Part shown: piece by piece, positions 56,853 through 64,000 of the stretch
How positions within the stretch are numbered: position 1 is the first letter of the stretch
Layout of the letters: each line of letters begins with the position of its first letter
NCBI RefSeq assembly: GCF_006345805.1
Contig: NC_043000.1
Span: forward strand, 103,416,001-103,480,000
Reading direction: 5' to 3'
DNA length: 64,000 bases
DNA from: Octopus sinensis
Lineage: Eukaryota
Translations under genes and position numbers: made by a program
The notes under the pieces: model-generated
Databases searched by the model: none
What the model saw: only the letters and a program-made list of their open reading frames with translations
What the model was told of the DNA's origin: nothing

Positions 56853-58059
56853 AAACAAGTAAAAAATAGAAAATGCTAAAATAATTTTATAGTGAACATT
56901 TCAGTACCGGTTTCGGTCATTTTGAGCCTTTTTCAACTGTAACGATTAAATAATTAAATTTAGAAAAATTAGAAGAAAAGTTTTCTTAAAAGAATATTTC
57001 TATAGTAGTGTTCAGATTTAAGTGGCATTCTGCTTTCTCGACTCCCTTGTTTGCACTTGTGTGTTCGAGGTAGTTGTGAGTTTTTGGTAGGGTAGTAGAG
57101 GGAAGGCTGGTGAGGAAAGGGGGGTGGGAGAATCTGGGAGTGCCCGATGGTCGTATTTTGAATGGTCAGTGGCGGCTGGCAGTCTCAGTTCAATTCAGGG
57201 GAATATTTATATTGACAGGCTTGTTTATAGAATTAGCGTAGGTGTTATACTAAAAACATTATGACAAACTAAGGGGTAGGGGTGGAGAAGAAGAAGAAGA
57301 AGAAGAAGAAGAAGGAGGAGAAGATGATGGTGATGGTGGTGATGATTATGACGACGATGATGATGATAACGATGATGATGAAGCCCCTTCATAGCTATAT
57401 TTACACCCATTCATATCTCCCTTCTCTGTTTTTTTTCTTCTTCTTTTCATCATCATCGTTATCATCATCATCGGCGTCATCATCATCGCCACCATCATCA
57501 CCACCATCTTTCTTCTTCTCCTTCTCTCCTTCTTCTTCATCATCATCATCGTCGTCATAATCATCACCACCATCACCATCATCTTCTCCTCCTTCTTCTT
57601 CTTCTTCTTCTTCTTCTCCACCCCTACCCCTTAAGTTTGTCACTAATGTTTTTTAGTATAACACCTACGCTAATTCTATAAAAAGCCTGTCAATATAAAT
57701 ATTCCCCTGAATTGAACTGAGAACTGCCAGCCGCCACTGACCATTCAAGATACGACCATCAGGGCACTCCCAGCTCTCCCACCCCCCTTTCCTCACCAGC
57801 TTCCCTCTACTACCCTACCAAAAACTCACAACTACCTCGACACACAAGTGCAAACCAGGGAGTCAAGAAAGGCAGAATGCCACTTAAATCTGAACACTAC
57901 TATAGAAATATTCTTTTAAGAAAACTTTTCTTCTAATTTTTCTAAATTTAATTATTTAATCGTTACAGTTGAAAAGGTCTCAAATGACCGAAACCGGTAC
58001 TGAAATGTTCACTATAAAATTATTTTAGCATTTTCTATTTTTACTTGTTTTTTCATATA
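56844..58059. repeat. ~1.2-kb fold-back (inverted duplication, ~520-bp arms), PLE 3' UTR-like, with an HHR-like motif in each arm
   Basis: 56844-57366 is the reverse complement of 57537-58059 with few substitutions and 1-bp indels; the spacer has a further nested (GAT)n/(ATC)n symmetry. Confidence 0.95.
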
Positions 58060-58663
58060 TTCAACTCGTGTGTTCTTTTCACCCTTATACATATATATAT
58101 ATATATATACATACAATATACTATATATATATACATAGATACCTACATACATATATATATATACATAATATACATACATATATATATATATATATACATA
58201 GATACATCTACATATATATATATATATATATCAACAAATAATCTTTGTACTTGTGATATTTTTCTGTTTTTACCTCCATACCTTCGTGAGTTATTTTGAG
58301 TAAACATTATCTGAGAGAAATTTTCTTTAAGTAGTGGAAATGGCTAAAAAACTTTTTTGGCTGCTATTTCTAGAAAGTTCAGTATGTGGCAAAGTAATTT
58401 ATTTTACTAAGCCCTAATTATATAATGTTATATATATATATACATACATATACGTACATACATACATACATACATACATACATACATACATACGTACATA
58501 CGTACATACACACATACATATGTACATACGTACATACACACATACATACGTACATACGTCCATGCACACACACATACGTACATACATACATACATACATA
58601 CATACATACATACATACGTATGTACGCACGCACGCATGCACACACACACACACACACACACAT

Positions 58664-58696
<33 letters not shown>

Positions 58697-58745
58697 ACAC
58701 ACACATACATACATACACATACATGTTGATTCGTTAGCTCCTGCA

Positions 58746-58930
58746 CGCATTTTCCTCTCTCCTTGTTTCTCTCCGTGTTTCTTTTCTGTGTATCTTTCTG
58801 TTGAAGAGCGTAGGCTCGAAACGTAAAAGACTTGTTTTATTTCTATTCCTGAGCGCCATACTAATACAATTGTTTGTTTGTACTCCACCTGCCGTCGTCT
58901 TTTGTTTATTTTCGTAAAGCTTCCTGTTAT
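58746..58930 (+). mobile_element. ~190-bp HHR-bearing dispersed element
   Basis: Aligns along its length to the reverse complement of 52085-52265; pyrimidine-rich leader, HHR, gagcgcca.actaataca motif, (TA/TACA)n tail. Confidence 0.75.
58793..58830 (+). ncRNA. Minimal hammerhead with variant core CUGUUGA
   Basis: UCUUU-CUGUUGA-A-GAGC(GUAG)GCUC-GAAA-CG-UA|AAAGA; palindromic ACGU stem III; 5-bp stem I. Confidence 0.7.
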
Positions 58931-59240
58931 ACATACATATACATACATAGATACATCTATACACATACATATATGTATACATACATATACATACACATAC
59001 ATATAATATTAATACACATAAATACAAATGCATACATATATATACATACTTACATACACACATACATATATATACACTTTGTATTTCATGTTGTTTTCGT
59101 ATTTTATGTTGTTTACGTTTTGTGACGTCCTGTACCCATATATGAATATATATAAACATATATACGTATGTATACATATGTATGTATATATATGCATATA
59201 TATATTTAAATTTTATATATATATATTTAAACATATATAT

Positions 59241-59398
59241 TTGTGTGGTAAGTAGCTTGTTTACCAACCACATGGTTCCGGGTTCAGTCCCACTGCGTGG
59301 CACCTTGGGCAAGTGTCTTCTACTATAGCCTCGGGCCGAACAAAGCCTTGTGAGTGGATTTGGTGGACGGAAACTGAAAGAAGCCTTTCGTATATATG

Positions 59399-59440
<42 letters not shown>

Positions 59441-59653
59441 TGTGTATTTGTGTGTCTGTGTTTGCCCTCCTAGCATTGCTTGACAATCGATGCTGGTGTG
59501 TTTATGTCCCCGTTACTTAGCGGTTCGGCAAAAGAGACCGATAGAATAAGTACTGAGCTTACAAAAGAATAAGTCCCGGGGTCGAGTTGCTCGATTAAAA
59601 AAGGCGGTGCTCCAGCATGGCCGCAGTCAAATGACTGAAACAAGTAAAAGAGT
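59241..59653 (+). mobile_element. SINE family A
   Basis: tgtgtggtaagtagcttg...ggcaccttgggcaagtgtcttc...ggcggtgctccagcatggccgcagtcaaatgactgaaacaagtaaaagag. Confidence 0.9.
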
Positions 59654-60361
59654 ATTCTGTTTATATTACATATATATTATATAATTATATATATAATAAA
59701 ATATAAATGCGCCCTTTTAAAGCCTAACCAGGCTCATCGGCCCGGTTTCTCGGTTTGTATGGCGTATGTTTATCGCAGCGTCGCTCATTTTTGGCAGCTG
59801 AATGGACTGGAGCAACGGGAAATGAAGTGTTTTGCCCAAGAACACAACGCGTCACCCGGTCCAGGAATCGAAACCACAATCTTACGATCATGATGCTGAC
59901 ACCCTAAACACTAAGCCACGCGCCTCCACATATATCATATATATATATATTATATACATTATATATATTTATATATCATATATTATATATATATATAGTT
60001 ATATATTATATATACATTATATATATTTGTATTTCATATCATATATATAATATATATATAGTTATATATTATATATACATTATATATATTTGTATATCAT
60101 ATATTATATATATATATATTTATATATCATATATATACATATATTTATGTATCATATATATATATTATATTATATATGTTTATATATATATATAAATATT
60201 TAAATATCAAATATATACTATATTTATTTTTTACATATTATTATATATATATTATATATATTATATATATATATTTATATATTACATATATATTATACAA
60301 CTTTATATTTTATATACATATATTATATATATTATATATTCATATATTATATATATATATA

Positions 60362-60752
60362 TAACTGATTAAGTCAATAGGGTTCGTACAGATAATGCTA
60401 TTACTTTATATACTTGTGGGGTGTAATTAAATGTAAATTATAAGCTAGTCAATATTTATTTGTTAAAGATACCAGCAGGCATAAACATATACCTACCTAC
60501 CTAAACCTACATATATGAGTTTGCATACATACATATATATATACACATAAGTGTGTGCACAAATGTATATATATATATATATACCTATCTAAACCTACAT
60601 ATATGTGTATGCATACATAAATATATATATACACAAGTGCGTGCACAAAGATGCATATATATATACACATATCCACATATATTAATACAAAAGTACCAAC
60701 AATAGTAATATACTGTATATAATTATAGCTAACTTAATATAATACTCTCTTA
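60362..60752 (-). repeat. Left inverted arm of the Naiad-like PLE (reverse complement of its 3' UTR/pLTR)
   Basis: aactgattaa...tgtggg.tgtaattaaatgtaaa.tataagc.agtcaat.tttatttgttaaa..accagcag.cataaacatata...attatagctaacttaatat matches the reverse complement of 62602-62912. Confidence 0.9.
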
Positions 60753-61700
60753 GATGCAAAATGTAGTCTAAATACCGGACTCCATGAGCCTTATATAAAA
60801 GAAAACTCTACATTAAGATATATAAATAATTCTAGTAACCATCCCTCGCAATTAAAAAAAAGCCCTACTATTAAATATAAGGAAAAGAATTTCAAACCTC
60901 TCCTCTAATGCAGAGATATTTAATAAACATAAAGAAAAATACAATATAGCATTAAAAAATGCAGGATATAAAGGTAAAATTATATACATCCCCAATAATA
61001 CTAACTATAATAGCCAGGATAGAGTAACTACCTCCAACCCACAAAATTTAGACAAATATAACACTACCAAAGATAAATATAGAAATAATAATAATAAAGA
61101 AATATTAAAAATACGATAAGAAAACCCATAAAAAATAATAATAGGCATAACAGCAACAACAACAACAATTATAATAACAATAATAAAATCATTAGTAATA
61201 ATAGGAAAAATTATAACAAAAATAGTATTATTAAATATAAAAATGAAATAAGAATAATAACAGAGAACTTACACATAATATAAGCAGCCCTAATAAGGGA
61301 AATAACGAAATAGATACTATATAAACCCTTTCGCTAGGCAAATCAAGAATAACATAGTAAAAACAATTTTTAGCTTAATTAACAAACATTTTACAAATGG
61401 AAAATCAAATATTGGGAAATAATCAATAACAAAACAATAAGAATAGGATATAGTCTAACAGATAACCTAGCTACCATCATCTCCTCAGTTAACAATAGAA
61501 AACTAGACACCTATCTAAGTAGAAAAAATAACAGAATAGAAACATAAACAATAATAATAATAATAATGATAATAACAACAACAACAACAACAACTATAAT
61601 AATAATAATAGTAATGGCGTGGTTGGTGATAACAATAATAATGATAATAATAATAATAATAATAATAGAAATGGTGTGGTTGGTGATAACAATAATAAGG

Positions 61701-61733
<33 letters not shown>

Positions 61734-61834
61734 GAAATGGTGTGGTTGGTGATAACAATAATAAGGATAATGATAACAACAACAACAATAATAATAATAA
61801 TATTAATAATAATAATAATAACAGCAACAACAAC

Positions 61835-61868
<34 letters not shown>

Positions 61869-61879
61869 GCAACAACAAC

Positions 61880-61910
<31 letters not shown>

Positions 61911-62514
61911 GAAACAATGGAAGTGTAAATAATAATAGTAATAATACTAACATTAATGATCACAATAGTATTAGCAATAACAGCATTACTGGGATCAACA
62001 ATAGCCACAGAGCTAATAATATAACTGTCAACCCAATAACATAAACCCTACACAGCCACACAGAATATGTGATGGTAGAATAGATAATAATTGTGTATTT
62101 AATAATAACTGCATTAGAAATGAGGTAGTATATTAATGTATAGTAAGTACACAATATAACAGCAAGGTATATGTGGGAGCGACAAAAAACAATATGAAAC
62201 AGAGACTTAATTATCATAACTATACATTTAGAGAAACAAATAGGAGAAATTCTACAGGGTTGAGTAGTTATATATGGGAACTTAGGGATGGAGGAATTAA
62301 CTATTATTTAAATTGGAAAATATTAACAACAGCACCTGTGTATAATACTAAAAATAGAAAATGTATGTTGTGTATTAACGAAATTTTATTTATAATTGGG
62401 ACTAAAATTCCGCTTATTAATAGCTTTAAGGAATGCAATGTTTCCTGTCTTCATAAAATTGGGCATACCTTTCCAAAATACCACAAGAAGATACTATTAA
62501 AATACCCCTACTGA
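60745..62514 (+). mobile_element. 5'-truncated Penelope-like element, Naiad-like (end of RT, thumb, linker, GIY-YIG), interrupted by an (AAT)n expansion
   Basis: LLDAKCSLNTGLHEPYIKENSTLRYINNSSNHP, RISNLSSNAEIFNK..YNIALKNAGY, NPFARQIKNNIVKTIFSLINKHF, RIGYSLTDNLATIISSVNNRKL, NCIRNEVVY*C..VYVGATKNNMKQRLNYH, STGLSSYIWEL, CMLCINE and CLH. Contains stops. The Naiad assignment is from motif recall. Confidence 0.85.
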
Positions 62515-62601
62515 CATAATAATGATTATTATTATTATTGTTCGAGTTTTTGTTATTATATTGTATTATATAATATGTGATAACTATTCAGGTATATATA
62601 T

Positions 62602-62912
62602 AAAAGAGGATATATATTAAGTTAGCTATAATTATATACAAGTATGTATGTGTGAATATATATTACTATTGTTGCTACTTTTGTATTAATATATATGGAT
62701 ATGTGTGTACATATGTATATTTGTGCACGCACTTGTGTATATATATATTTATGTATGCACACACATATATGTAGGCTTAGGTAGGTATGTATATGTTTAT
62801 GTCTGCTGGTACTTTTAACAAATAAACATTGACTGGCTTATACTTTACATTTAATTACATCCCACATGTATATAAAATAATAACATTATGTAGTACTACC
62901 CTTTGGTATTAA
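62602..62912 (+). repeat. Right arm (3' UTR/pLTR) of the Naiad-like PLE
   Basis: Reverse complement of 60362-60752; follows the GIY-YIG stop codon. Confidence 0.9.
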
Positions 62913-62977
62913 TCAGTTTTTTGGGGGATAAAATATGTGTGTATGGGTATATACATTTATATATATATATACATACA

Positions 62978-63015
<38 letters not shown>

Positions 63016-63064
63016 ATAGGAAAGAATGGAGCTGAACGAAGATTTAACAAAATTCCTTTATTTT

Positions 63065-63150
63065 ATTTTCGACATATGTTTCGAAGTCAGCAAAGTCCCT
63101 AATTCCGATTGAATAAGGAGTCCATTTTGCAGCTTTCTCTTCAGGAAAAT
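63065..63150 (-). ncRNA. Type I hammerhead ribozyme with long stem II and palindromic stem III
   Basis: Minus strand reads AUUUUC-CUGAAGA-[G...GCAAA..UCCUUAUUC/GAAUUAGGGA..UUUGC...CUUC]-GAAA-CAUAUG-UC|GAAAAU. Stem I is 6 bp; ACAUAUGU is a palindrome; GUC cleavage triplet. Confidence 0.85.
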
Positions 63151-63333
63151 CCAGGAACTTAATTCTCCAACAAAATGCACAAGCTTTTCGACAAACGCTC
63201 ACGAGGAGCCCATGAAATTAATGATACAAACTGTCTATCTATATGCGTTGACACCAGATTGGATGAAAGCAGAAGAGATTGTCCGTTGAGATAGTTCAAG
63301 GTCAGAATCAAGTTAGCAGAAGGGGGGTACAGG

Positions 63334-63368
<35 letters not shown>

Positions 63369-64000
63369 TGTATGTGCATGTTTGTGTATACAGATACAGA
63401 CATTGATATGCAACCCCATTACAGAACCAATAAATTAATTGATTGATTAATTAATTAATTAATTAATTAATTAATTAATTGATTAATTAATTAATTGGCT
63501 GATTGATAAGTTGATTGATTGATTCAATAATGGACCTAAATGAGTATAATATTATAATTATAGACCTCGATAAACCAGAATTACCTTTCTTCATTCTATT
63601 CATAGTTTAAAAACCCCCATTAACATCACACCTCTTAAATATAACATTAAAAGTAATTAACTGAATAAATAGACAGATAAATATTTTAAAGGACTGGATG
63701 ACTGATGGGTATATTAATTAAGTGACTCAATGCTATTACATAGTCTTGCATTTGAGGCATTTTGTCAGATAAAATAGATTTTAAACAATTTTAGCGATAA
63801 ATAACAACAATTTAGTAATATGTAAGCATATATATAAAAGAGGATATATAAGGATATATATTGAGTTGGTTCGTTAATTTAGTAACTAAACGTTGTTGCA
63901 TGGAGAATTACAATTCATGCATTTCATCGAAGAATACATTTTAAGCATAATTTAGCGATAAATAACAACTTAGTGAAACAACTTGTACAGTCACTTTTGG

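Overview
Gene-poor, AT-rich, microsatellite-dense animal DNA. The SINE families look like those of octopus/coleoid cephalopod genomes, an inference from recalled repeat sequences and not from a database search. I found no host protein-coding gene I can support; nearly all supplied ORFs are translations of microsatellites. The real content is mobile. It includes three different Penelope-like elements (PLEs: a nearly intact one at 32.5-34.8 kb, a decayed one at 13-14 kb, and a Naiad-like remnant bracketed by inverted arms at 60.4-62.9 kb), an RTE LINE fragment, R4/Dong-type and other RLE-type LINE fragments, a Tigger/pogo remnant, and many tRNA-derived SINEs of three families. A U6 snRNA retrocopy is fused to the SINE/LINE 3' tail. 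The most striking unexplained layer is a set of type I hammerhead ribozymes (HHRs) read directly from the sequence. They occur in a ~190-bp dispersed element family (4 copies), a 460-bp terminally redundant unit, a TIR-bounded MITE-like element, a 1.2-kb fold-back and beside the Naiad-like remnant. Together they suggest several non-autonomous, retrozyme-like parasites of PLEs. Repeat boundaries were estimated by eye and are approximate.
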